From assembly GCA_050084985.1 (NCBI GenBank), contig JBITNC010000002.1, positions 16,802,001-16,866,000 of the forward strand: a stretch of DNA of 64,000 nt, written 5' to 3'. The position numbers and the translations under genes are program-made. This DNA is from Nageia nagi. Taxonomy: Eukaryota; Plantae; Pinophyta. Under the pieces are notes generated by a model that did no database searches, was not told where the DNA came from, and saw only the letters and a list, made by a program, of their open reading frames with translations. This document shows positions 26,421 to 39,100 of this stretch, in pieces; the stretch's first letter is position 1; the number at the start of each line of letters is the position of its first letter.

Positions 26421-27899
26421 AAGGTTTAAGAATTCACATATACATAATGGTTGAGTATCCATTATCCTTTGAATACATTTTCTTCCCAATCTTCTTATCC
26501 TACATCAAAACCTTTTGTAAAATAATAATAAACTTCATTATTAATAAAGAGACAAAACTAATCCAAGAAAGAAAATAAATAGTAACATTTTTTTATCAAT
26601 CAAAAATATTTCACACTATATATTTTTCATAAAAGTGCAATGAGCATAATCAGACTCCAAAATTAGTATTAAATGGCTAGCTAAGAGGTTTTTCATTATA
26701 TCTCATCCTCCATTTTTTGCTATCTCCATGCTTTTATTTCTTTTGAAATCCTTAAGTGGATAAAGGGCTTGAGTAATATCTAAGAACTAGTTTTCAAGAT
26801 AGCATGGCAGGCCTCCAAATTCTTTGTTAATATTATTATTTTTCATTTTGCAGGTTGGAAATTAAGCATATCAAGTAGCATCATCATAAGCCCTCATCAT
26901 TTTAGATATTAACCTAAGAAGTCAATGGTCTTAGTTAGTGTTAAGTCTTTATAAGGACTTTTTAGGTTATACATTTCTAGTGATCATATTAGAATTTAAT
27001 TTGGTCCCTATTTTTATGGGGATTAGATCCCTTGAATGATTAAATTATGTGGTGTTATAAGTTTAATACTTAGTTTCTAACTTACTTAACTTGTCACTTC
27101 TTTATCATTTTTGCTATTTTTTTAGTTTTCAATGCAAAAAAGAGAAAATTCAAATTAAAGGATAGTAGAACTCGACCAATTTAAAATGAAAGTAGAGGTA
27201 GAAAAGAAAAATTATATGAATGTATCACACTTAAACTAGAGTTTATGTATCTCTATGCCACATTTTAGGATTGTTTAATTTACTTTGTTAGTGGTTTGCA
27301 AGTTTGTATGTAAGGATTTATAAAAATAGAAACTTTCTAAAAAATAATTATTTTTAAGTAAAATGCTACTTTTTATTATAAATCCAATTTAAAAGAAAAT
27401 TTTGAGTTTTGATATATATTGAGTAAAATATGGCAAATTTATAAAATTAAATTAAATTAAAAGAACAATTAAACAAACATATTTTTTTTCTATTTTTCTT
27501 TTCACATATTAAAAGGCCAAAATCCACATGTATGTTCTTCCTTTGTGCTATAAGGCAACCCTAGAAAATAAGAGTGATCCTAACCCTTGAGGAAAGGAAT
27601 TATTTTTATGTTTGTATTAAGTAAATAATTTTTCTTTCATTAATTAAAGTTATTCATCAATTTTAGATATAATTTCGCTTGTATTCTCACTTTCACATAT
27701 AATCACAAAGTTAAAGGTTGTGCATGATCTCTCATTACATCAAACAATGGTATTAAAGATAAAAACTAACCTAAATTTATTTCTAGCCTATAAACACAAC
27801 CATCTAAATTTCATCATTGGGAGCTTTATTGGCTTTTAGATTTGATTATCAAAAGACCAATAATTAGTTAGAAGCTTATGTCTTGATGGGTTATTAAAA

Positions 27900-29290
27900 T
27901 TCGAGTAGGAGCTATCATTGGTATAGAAGTCAATTATGGGTAAAGTAAGGGGGGTTACCCCTAACCATGCTTTCGATAACATTTGTCTTGGTGCACCTTG
28001 AGTATATTGGAATTTCCTTTAGGAACTTTCTTCAAAATCTTTCTTACCAACACATAAACACTTGGGGTTTAGTGAAGGCTAAGACCAATGTTTACTTTGT
28101 GAAGGAGTTGAATAGTGCCTACGAGAGTGTTGCTTGATCTTAAAAGTGCATCCCTAAGACTTGGAATGTTGCTGCGAACCAATACCCGGAGGGATGCAAC
28201 TGATAGAACAAGATGTATTCCCCCAATAATCCATCAGATTGCGAACCAACATTTATGTTTTTCACTTGTACAATAATTTACAACCAACAATCATAAAAAA
28301 ATTTACATATTTATCAATAATAGATAAAGAAATATAAGCATCTTACCAACTAAACATAATACTATTCATGTTTTTTCATAATTGTTATAGAATGTTAATA
28401 TGAAAAATATGCCAAACTTTAAGGAAAGGCTTTGAAAAAATAAGAGGATATCCCAAAATAGCATGAGCACATAGTGGTTAAGAAGGAGTTAAAGAAGGAT
28501 ATAATTTGCTCCCATACTCTCTTGGCCTTTTGGAAAGCCCCAAAAACATGTAAAAAAATATTTTAACTCTCTGCGAAAAGCATAAGTAGGATTTTCTACT
28601 CCCCGATGTCGAAGTCTATGACCTATAGGTAAATCTTGGTGAAACAAACTCCAAGTAAAAAAAACTTTGCTTAGGTTCAATATAGGAGGCAAAAATTATA
28701 GAAAATTCAATCTCTATCAAGATTGTGAGGAAATAAGATCCCATATAGTGTTTAGAGTTTCAAACATAAGGACCATAGGGAATAACCAAGCATACCCAAG
28801 ATGTAACTTATACTTAATTAGGTGGTTATGCTTAGGCCAAAACTAGTTTGACCACTAGGGATTTTGAAACCTTTTATCAATCTTGATTCAGATAGAGAAA
28901 GGGGTTTTGTCTATAACAACATCAAATGTAGCTTTATCATCTTGGTTAAGACCATGAATCCTTCAAAAATGATCCCAAGAAAACCAACTCTTGGTTTGAA
29001 AATAAAAAAAAATCCTTGAAAGAATCAATCCCTTTTATGTGAAAATGTAAAGCCCATATCCATTAAAGTTTTGCCAGAGGTAAACCTTTAATGGTAACAA
29101 TAGAGGAACACCAAGGATTAAGAGAGAAAATTGATGCCTCTATAGACTTGCCTCTTCCATGCCAACTAGGCAAGGGTTTAAAATATTCTTAGGCTTTACA
29201 AATGCTTTTGATAACAAAAGAACCTGAAATCTTAAAGGGGACTGGAGCTGTCAAAATGGTTTGCAATCTTAGCCCTTTCCAAGCCTTTTT
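27900..29290 (-). mobile_element. L1 LINE fragment (3' ORF2/zf-RVT region), same family as 18890-23530, opposite orientation
   Basis: Minus-strand WSLFHQDLPIGHRLRHRGVENPTYAF matches LHQGLLIGHRLQHLGVANPIYAF at 22388; colinear with ~21730-22950. Confidence 0.8.
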
Positions 29291-29619
29291 GTTAGTTAGT
29301 TGGTCTTATCTTCATAGAAGTTCATTTACTATTTAACTTTTAAAAGATTTGATATGCAAAGTTCATGTACTTTTTCTTATAGTAAAAAATATCTTGCATT
29401 ATAAAAATAAAAGAAATCAATGGCCCATAGGTCCTTATTATGATACGATGAAATGAGGATCCTTAAGATGCTTAAAAGTTGATAATTGGTTGTTTCTTAC
29501 CTGTTGAACAAATTTTCTACAATCTACAAATCTCAATGTTTAAGATTTAAAATTTTGAACTTTATTTGCACATTGTTAAATCACTTGTTTGAAATTAAAA
29601 AATTGTAAGTAATATTTTT

Positions 29620-29830
29620 TTTTTGGATTATGGACTTATCACTTAGCCTTTTTTAGATCTTAGTTGGATTTGTTTATCTAAAAATATTAAATTATAAAAC
29701 TTTTTGGATTTTAGACTTATTATTTAACCTTCTTTAGATCTTGATTAGGTTCATTTGTTCAAAATTTTTAAGTGATAAATTTTTTAAGATTCTAAAATTA
29801 TCACTTAACTTATCCGAAATGATAAATTAC
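29620..29830. repeat. ~81-bp tandem repeat (~2.5 copies) upstream of the SET gene
   Basis: TTTTTGGATT.T.GACTTATYAYTTARCCTT.TTTAGATCTT recurs at ~29620, 29701 and 29781. Confidence 0.65.
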
Positions 29831-30095
29831 AATTTTAAAATTTTACAAACATCATCATATTATACTTGATCTGAATCTAAAATATTATTTTAAAATTTAT
29901 TTTCATTTGATGAGTAGGAATGATTATAATCAATTGTACTTGAATATATATATATATATACATTTGTGCATTTGATCAATATTTGTGTGGCTTCATTGCC
30001 ATCAATTTATACCTATATGCAATTTATATGATCAAGTTTGATAGATTCTACAAACAACACATTGCAATAGTGCAGGGCAGCATCTCAGATTCACC

Positions 30096-30125
30096 ATGGC
30101 AAACTTCCTCGACAAATTGCGAAAG
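30096..30125 (+). CDS. SETD9: SETD9-like exon 1 ([10 protein letters not shown]), GC donor
   Basis: Strong start context ACCATGG; donor AAG|GCAAGA; phase 0 matches exon 2; 10 aa, like the N-terminus I recall for angiosperm homologues. Confidence 0.68.
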
Positions 30126-33100
30126 GCAAGACCTGCTATCTCTCTGAATGCATTCTTCCTTCATTCATAATTTATTCTATTCTATTTCAAAGTACGTCTT
30201 TTGATTATATTGTTTTTGGGATATCAGTGTCCTTGTATAGGGCTTTGGAGATGTTGAACATTTTATATAGAATCGGTGCGATATTTCCTTAGTTTAGTTG
30301 TCATTTAGAATGTATTAGATGGAAGGCTTTGAACATCTTCATGCTTGAAGGAAATGTTGTCATTGGAATCTGATATTGTATATGGAAGCCCTATTTGAGG
30401 TTTGTTCTTTTTATGTACAACTTTCTTTTTCAGTGTATGGATTGAGACCATTGAACTGAGTATAGGGATTTAACGGCGGTGATCTGTAACTTATGGTAAA
30501 CTACCACATCCACTTTCTTAGCACTATATGAAGGAATTTGCTGTCAAGCTTAAAATGCGATTCAGTTTTAGAAACCATATGGAAGCTGAAGGTCATTTTT
30601 CATGTCACAATCTAGAGAATCCCTTGTGAGAAGTTACTCTTTTGTCTGTGAAATTCAAACAATATGGGTTTTACATCTTTTGACCGATTTTATTACGTTG
30701 ATAGCTGTTAATATTTTCTGTTTAGAGGGGAAGAATCTCAACCAAAGTATTATTATTTTGTTTCAAGAACTATTGTTTTGAACTGTATTTTCGTCAGCCA
30801 ACTTTTTGTATCTCATTGATAAATGGGTAAATCTTTGAGATGGGTTAACAGGTTTTTTGTTGATTGTTGCATAAACAATTAACAGTGATAATATACTGGC
30901 ATTGGAGTTGACTGTAGGGAGTAACGAGTTGTTAAGCAAAAGAAAAACAACAAATTGCATACAATTAGAATTTATATTTTACACAGTGAAAGACCGCAAT
31001 AGATGAGGCATCCACCAACCGGACTGCTTAGCTACTAACAGACTTCCACATTAAGGACTGTCGTGGCTCAAGTGGGTGAGAGGCTTTCCCATTTATAGGC
31101 CTCAAAGGAACTGTTATTGATAAGCATGAAGTTCATTTTTCATGAGCTTTTCTTGAACTGCCAACCACCCTATAATGGATAGAGAATGGGGGATCAAGTT
31201 TTTCATGAGTCTGATATAGGGTATATAGATCAACAGTAGTTTTCAGACTATATGATTTTAATGGGCATTTTCAAATGTATAGGTGTTTTTTTAAAATAGT
31301 AGATATGTAGTTGTACATCCATCTGCCAGCAAGGACGGATCATTTCCACTCCTTTGCATGTATTTTGTAATTATGAAGTTAAGTGATACTTTCATATGTT
31401 TGTGTTCGTATCTTCTGTCATGAATACCCCATGTTGTTTTTATGATATTTATACCTATTGGCATTTTGCATGCACTGTTAGGTGCTGTTTGTTGGTTCTA
31501 AAAATTTGCTTAGGATTTGCAATCTGGCATTGTTAGGCAAGCCTTGATTTGCAGTCACACTAATACGGTGGCATGCCACTTTGGGCTTGAAACGGTATTA
31601 AGAATATTAATATGGCAATGATTTTTCTAAGGTTCCACAGGAATGCATTCCCCCTTTTGAGAGGGTGTTTCCCTGCTTGAGGGGAACTGTTCCCCAATGA
31701 CCCATCCATTGAGAATGCCTCAGGAATGTTTCAGCGGTTCCCAGGAGCAGCCAGGGAACAGCTGGCCATTCTTCGACTACTCCTGGGAACGGTTGGACAT
31801 TCCTTGCTGGAGATGGGTGCTCAACAAAAAAAAACATTCCCAACTTAAAAATATAACATTTTTACTTAGAAAAAAGCATGGGTGGATCCCACTAATGTCC
31901 GTCCAAAAAAAACCTTAAAAACATAATTATAAAGCATTCCAAATTGAAAAACATAACCATATTGTTTTTGTGCAGCCTTGAGAAGAAAAAAATAGCAGTG
32001 AGGAGGAGTTTCATAGTTATGATTTTGGCATTTTGTTACTCTGATTTCAATACTAATGTATTTGTCATTTGAGTATTTCTGATTTGAGATTTCAGATCTA
32101 TCATTATGTAATAAACTGATTCAGACTTAATGACATTATGATCATTGATTATGGCTCATTTTGATATTCTAATTCATACTTGATTTCTAATTCCAGTTCC
32201 AAGTGTTGTATAAATGATTGAATTGATAATAATAATGAATTAGAAACAATGAAATTTAAAAATTCTGGGATTTTTACTGGTATTATACTAACCGTTCTCT
32301 TGCTGTTTACCCGGCATTCCCTAAAAATGACCTCTGCCGTTTCCCGTTCCGAGGAACATGTTCTCCCATTCCCCCGCTTTCGGGGCCATGTGGAACCTTG
32401 GAGTTTTCCTAGTTAGGGTTCCCTTTAATCCATATAAGCAGTGTAATCCGAGTCAACTTTGGCTAAGAAACTTTCTTGGAGATTAGACTAGGCTGAGTTC
32501 TATTCTTGGTAGATTTACAAAGCTATTACAGTTATAGTCTAAATCAAGCAAGCAAGATTTAACTTCATCAATAGCAAAAATGTTTATAAATACAATTTTT
32601 GAGTTACTTCAATATATGTCCTATAAATACACGAGTCTATATGAAATAAATAACCAGATGTTAGAAATCATAATTCATTATGTACTCGCTTATCCCATTC
32701 CATTTTAAATGGCACAATTTTGACTCTAACATTAGCATCTTCAAAACTTAGGATCTAACAATTCAAACTGTAACAAAAGGTAAGCCATTTTCAACTGAAA
32801 TCACCAAAGCTATCAGCAATTAGCCCTAAACTGAAATATATTCTCAAAAAATGTTAGACAGTGTTCCATAAGTAGCACTATTTGAAGCTCCCACTCTATA
32901 ATCTAAATAATAGTTCAAACATAGGTGTGATAGTTTATCACAAGAAAAATTAGTTTTGTTATTATTGAAATTCTTCCTAACTTGTAGCACATATATCAAT
33001 TAAGAAAAAGTGACAGGTAAACCTGTATTTCGATCACTAGGCGTGTAGGAGTATCAAATTTGAATCAAACATTCTGTATTGGAGATGATTTATTTAATAT

Positions 33101-36100
33101 AATCCATATAGTTAACTATGTCTTGATTGTAAACAATACAAAGGAGTTTCACCAATGGTTCAGATACCTAAACATATGAAAAAAATAAAAATTAACAACT
33201 TAAGCTTTTAAAAATTAAAAAGATATCATAAAGAACATTGAAGTTATCATCTACTTCTAACTTGGATGATCTCATGTGAAACTTTTTAAAACCTTCATAA
33301 AAATATATGTCTGGACTTTGAAATAAGGTGGGCTTCTTCTGAAATGGAAAAAAAACCTCTTTATTCCTTGCAAATGAAAATTCTCTTCAACCTTGCCTTT
33401 TTGGCATGAAGGCTTTTTCAAGGTAAGGAAGTGGTGGCAAATTATGTAATGCAAGGTCAAACAATCTCCCTCCCATCTGTATGCTGCCTCATCAAGTTGA
33501 GAACCTACAAATGATTATAGATATACTTAAGAGTGATTTTTCTTGCATCATATATCATTTGCTTCACCCAACTAATTTTTCAAATGCCCTCTATTATTAG
33601 TTCAAGACAATAGGCTACAGTCCAAAAAATGGTAGGAAACCTTTTCTCAAGAAGATTCCATGCTACCATATATGTTACTACATTGACTGTGACAACTTGG
33701 ACCACATTTTGTGGCCTGACCTCCAACATTGGATCCTCTAACAAGGGGAACAATGCTTGTCCAATTTTTGTCTTGTTGAAGGCATCTACTAATTTGGAAG
33801 ATATAAGACCCCTATTGAAGCAACAAGAAAAGTGATCAATATCCAACCTCTTTCATTGGTCCATTCATTAGACATGATTGTTTATCCTTTCTTCACCCAA
33901 ATGTTCTTCTTCTCCTCAATAAGACGATGGACATCATATTTGGCAAGATGGGGTCTTAATAATCATCAAATGTTGAAAGTTTGAATCTTGCACGACAAAC
34001 TATAAATGCATTTGCCATAACATCATAATATGGTGACCTTGTTGCATTGAAAAAAATGTTGCATAAAAGCCAAGAGTTTACCATCGCCTTTCTTGCCTCT
34101 ACATCCTTTTTCCTTAGTCTAGTTGATTGCCTCACGTAATGGTTGGTTACATGGATAGTTATGAGGAATAAAAAATGACTTGGTAACAAATGGTGAGCTA
34201 GAATGAACTTTAGAAGAATCATAGCAAGCCCTAGGCCGCCCAACACTACTTTAAGTGAAGCCAGGTATAGTTGGTGGAGTGGACACATAAATGTTGCCCT
34301 CTTTTGCCTTTCACTTTCTGCTTTTGCTCTTCCATCTCAAAGAAACTTTTTAGGTAAGCACTTATCTTTTGCACTACTTTTTTTCATGCTAGGCCATGTT
34401 TCCTCATCCCAACTTGAAATGTAGACAAGATGGTATTTCATATGGTTATTGCTTTCGTGTATATTTTTACCACCGTATTTACATTGCAATTGCCCACTCA
34501 CCTCCTTGCTATGTTTGCATCCAGTTTTTTTTATTCATTGTCTCCTTATCCTAAATTTGCAACATAGGGAAAAAAATCTATAAACTTAGCCCTAGAAATT
34601 ATTTTTTCCTACATTTCTACAAAGTTAAAGAACAAACATAGTATTAGAAGGAAAAATCTCAGCCTTGGAAATTACTTCTTACTCGTTTGTTGGAAATCGT
34701 GCTTCCTATGGCTATAAAATCCACTTTCAGAAATGTAAATGCAGCTGCTAGGGTTTTGGCATCATGGTAGGGTTAGGTTTAGTCTCCTTCACTTCTGCTT
34801 TGAGCTCGTAAGTCTTGAATAGCTTGAAATGAGCTAAAACAAATTTGTAGCAGCAACTGTTTTTTTGCAACTTGCTGAATGAATGTCGTGGGATGTAAGA
34901 ATTGTAATCTGCTTCATGGGTATCCAAAAAATATGCAATTTTCATGTGAATATTCTTTTAGGATAGTTTGTTGAATATTTGGCTGCATAAAGCAGATATT
35001 CAACAATTTTCCTAACTTAAGTTATCAATATTTTGATTTTGATCTAAGTGTTAGAATTTGTGTATTAGTTGAGATATGAAGACCTCACTGCATCTTCTAA
35101 TTGTATTGCTTTTAGCTTTATTGTAAGTATCTTCCTTCTAGATCTCTATAATGTTTTGCAATCTGTATATTCCCTCTTGATCTATCGAAATGGATCCTGC
35201 CTTTCTATTTGGGTTTCTCTTTCTTTCCATTTGTGTAGCTGAGAGGTGTCAGCCTTGATGTGCCTATCTCAATATTTGGTTTCTAAGTCAGCCTTCTATG
35301 TATCAAATAGTTTGGATAGTTTAAATTCTGTTTACCCTTTGTTACCAATACAAATAATTAATGTTCAGTTCTTCACATCAATGCTGTTTGCACATTGATT
35401 TTTCTACCTCTATATAGATCTATTCTCTTGATGTGGAGACAAAAAAATTATCATGTTTTTCCATATTCAACCTGATGTTTTAAAATAATTGGATATATCC
35501 TTGTAAAATAGCGGGTATCAGATACTAGTTTAAAGCAGCAATATAATTCCATACAGACATTATGCTCCATACATAAAATCTAATCACAGGAATCATCTCT
35601 ACCTTTTTGAGCAATAGAAGTCAAAAGTAATCTAGCGTGCGTAGTGAAATTCCAGTGGTTTTATTTTTTTAATATGCATTGGTTGGCTGGAGTACTAAGA
35701 GATTGACCCAATCAGATATCATGTAGATAAATCAAAGCTAAAATCAGGTTAATTCAACTGTAAGTCATATCATTTATTCATAGTTTATATGATCTATAAA
35801 TTGGCAAAAATTTCGTTTTTGAACTTAGGTGGATATCTTAGTAGCTACCATCATATGATCCCCTTTGTATTTTGATATCACAACACATATGTCCAATATG
35901 AAATAGAAAATATATTTGAATCGAGTGAAGAGGTTCAGAACAATGCGATCCTAATGCTTCACCAATAAAACAAACAGCTTTGGGTAATGTGCCAGAACAG
36001 ACAAATTCTATTTCATTGAAAACATTGTTAACTTCTCTGGAAAACCATGGGATTTAGATTGTGAAACTCCTAGCACTGATGGAGAGATTGGTGAAGAAAA

Positions 36101-39100
36101 AGCCAAATACACCTGCTATCTGCCTCCGCAAAGGAAGGCAGGAGGTGATAAAGGAGGCTAAGTCTTCTGCAGATCCAGGTTCTGGTGAAGATGAGGACAT
36201 GATTTGTGCATCTATTAACAGTTTTGGAGGTAGAAGTTTGAATCCTAACCATTTTGAGCCTAGTGCAAATAGGGTCATTTGCAGTGAGATCAAAATGGAT
36301 TTTAACCTATAAAAAGCAAACATATGAAATTAGTGCATAACGTTTATTCTCCTACTCTAGGGTAGTTATCATTAGATTTTGCATTTGACTTTTCTTCAAA
36401 AGCTGTGGAATGGTAATCTTGTGTTACATTGCTGATGTGGTCTTGTTTTGTTGGTAATATATTCGCTGTTTCAAAATGGTTCCCAAGTTGTCCAGCTTCC
36501 ATCTTATAGTCTGGTTCTTGTTTGGCCAGTTCTTGAGCTATCATCCCATCTATAGCCAATGCAGTAGCTCCAACTTCAGTTGCACATGGAGAGCTCACTA
36601 GTTTGTCTGACCTGTTTTCTTTAAAATATTTTCACATATTGTCAATTGCTTTGTCCATGGGAACGTTTTCCTCATTGCCTTCCATACTCTTCCCAGCAAC
36701 TGCAATTGCTTGTTTCGACATGCCATTATATAGAACTTATGATAGTAAAATGAGTTGGAATGTGATGTCTTGAGTTTCTTACATTCAGTATTTCCAGAGT
36801 GGGCAGGAAGCTACTGGGTATTTCTTTTCTTTTGTTATGTGCATTAATCTCTGGAGGCAATATATTTATATTTATAATTAAATAATTCCTTTTGTTATAT
36901 TGTGCCCTTTGGGCACAAAGTTTCTCCAAAATTTAAAAGACCAACATTATTATGTGGATCCTGTCCATGGAAGTTCTTTAAAGTTTTATAGATTATTTGA
37001 AAGAAATAAAATAGTACAAGTGCTTATTGAAATCTCATGGCTTTGGTCCATTGTCCACACATTTGGATTTGAAAGTATGAAATAAATGTTTTCCAGCATG
37101 TCAGCTTGTGTCAGCTTGATGTTTATACACACTCATAGAGGTGAGTACCATTCGGCTCTAGATCCTCCAAATATAATTGTAGGTTACACATCTCAGCATT
37201 AAAATATAAAGGGGTTGCTATGTCCTTGGTGGAAGCAAAAGAATTGCACTAGACATATTTTTTTGAGTATTTACAATCATAAAGCATTGATGAACAAGCT
37301 TCCTTTATGAAAGTAAATTGCAGCATGCTGGGTTTTTTTATTGCCAATGCTGAAGTCATTGATATTTTAGTCTATATTTTCTTTGACAATATCTCCTTCA
37401 AGAGTCTAAAACCCTAGGGTTTTCTGATTTTACACTCTAAATCTTAGGATTTTCTAGATAAGTCTTTCTTGAACAATTTCTCTCATGAAACAAAATTTGT
37501 TCGAGCTTGCACCTTTGCTGTGCTGGTTGTTGTATTGGTGCAGCACTAGACATCAGATTGTTACAATCCCCTTCTATTAATTCAAAAACATTATTTTATT
37601 TTATACTGGACAGTCTTGTTCTGACAGCAAAATTCGAAAAGGATCATACAATGGTAGCCACCAAGATATCGAGCTCAACTAGAAAATTAATTTGTAGGGA
37701 AATCACAGATCATACAAAAAATAACATGAGTAGTGGTCCAAGCTACGTGACTTCATATTTGGTGGATCTATACTCTTGTACTTTAATCGGCCAATGTAGA
37801 TGTCAAAAATAGACGTACTGGAGTTTTACTAGGCATTCTAGATTATTTTGACTTAAATTGCTTAAAAAGCTTGAGATGATTCTTGTGATTAGATGTTATT
37901 CATGGACCATATTTTTTTGGCAGGAAATTAATTTGGTACTTTGAAGAAGTATTTGATCTTCACTCTTTTACAAGGGTTTCTAACCTTATCCAATCATTTT
38001 AAAAGGTCTTTAGGATGAGATATGGATAAACACTGTAATTTCCTTACATCTACATCAAGATAATAGATCTTTATAGAGGTAGAAATATCGATTAGCATAA
38101 AGCTTTGGAGTTTAGAGCTTGATATTATATAAATAAAATCAATATATCTGTTTATTTGAATTGGAAGTTAGAAAGGGTATATAGAGTTTTAAACTAGCTC
38201 AGATATCTAATACATATATATTAAGTACTGATAGATTTCAATGTCAGGTACCTATGTTTGAACCCAAATATTAAGATAGGTGCAACTGTCGAGATTGATA
38301 CCTTTTGGCACTTTTACATTCTTGTTTCCCTTCTTGCCTATTTCTATGGCTATATTCCATCTTTAATCACAAAATTGGCAATAGAGGCATGTGATCACTG
38401 ACATCACCGTACAAAAATCTTTTGTGAATTAATTACTGGAGTTTAGCTTCCTACTAAGTTGCAGGTGCATTGTTTAATTGCAGCTCTGGGAAATGTTTCC
38501 CTCAAAATCTTTGTTTGGGAAAGCAGATAGGAGGCAAATTCAGTTTGAAGCTGATGTGCATCGACTTTTCCTTGCTACTTGGTATGTTGTGTCATGGCCT
38601 AAGGTGTTCAATTTCCTTTACTCTCTCTTTGGAATTCTTAGTCTGGCATTATTCACGTTTAAAATCTCAAGCGGTTGGTTCTACTAGTCAATGTGTTTGT
38701 GGCCATGAAATATATCATTACAAATTTTCTGGTTATTAAATTCAAGATACGATTTGTCATATGCTTTTTAGACTCTAAAGTCCCTAAAGGACGCTTGAAA
38801 TGTACTGCAGGGCATAAATGAGGGAAGGTAGCACTTCTCCCTTTTGTTTTCTTAATACCTCATTTATATAAACCGTTTATTTATCAAACCTGAGGCTAAT
38901 ACCTCATGGTTGTCTTCCAGTTGCTGATGAGTTGTACAATTGTTCTCCATTGATTCTGAGCTGCATAATTTATTTGACTCCATACCATTTATGTAGTAGA
39001 AGGCGGACTGTGAGATTGCTTGCAACATACTTTAGTCTTCCCCATGAAAATATGGAGGCCTAGTGAGATTGCCGGAGGTGATAAATCCATACATTGCTGT

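Noticed and set aside
31060-31120. tRNA/SINE A-box-like TGGCTCAAGTGG
   Set aside because: No B-box at the expected distance, no cloverleaf, no tail or TSD.
32410-32460. TTAGGG telomere-like motif and a candidate hAT terminus CAGTGTAATCCGAGTC
   Set aside because: A single motif, not an array; no matching opposite TIR or 8-bp TSD found near 35 kb.
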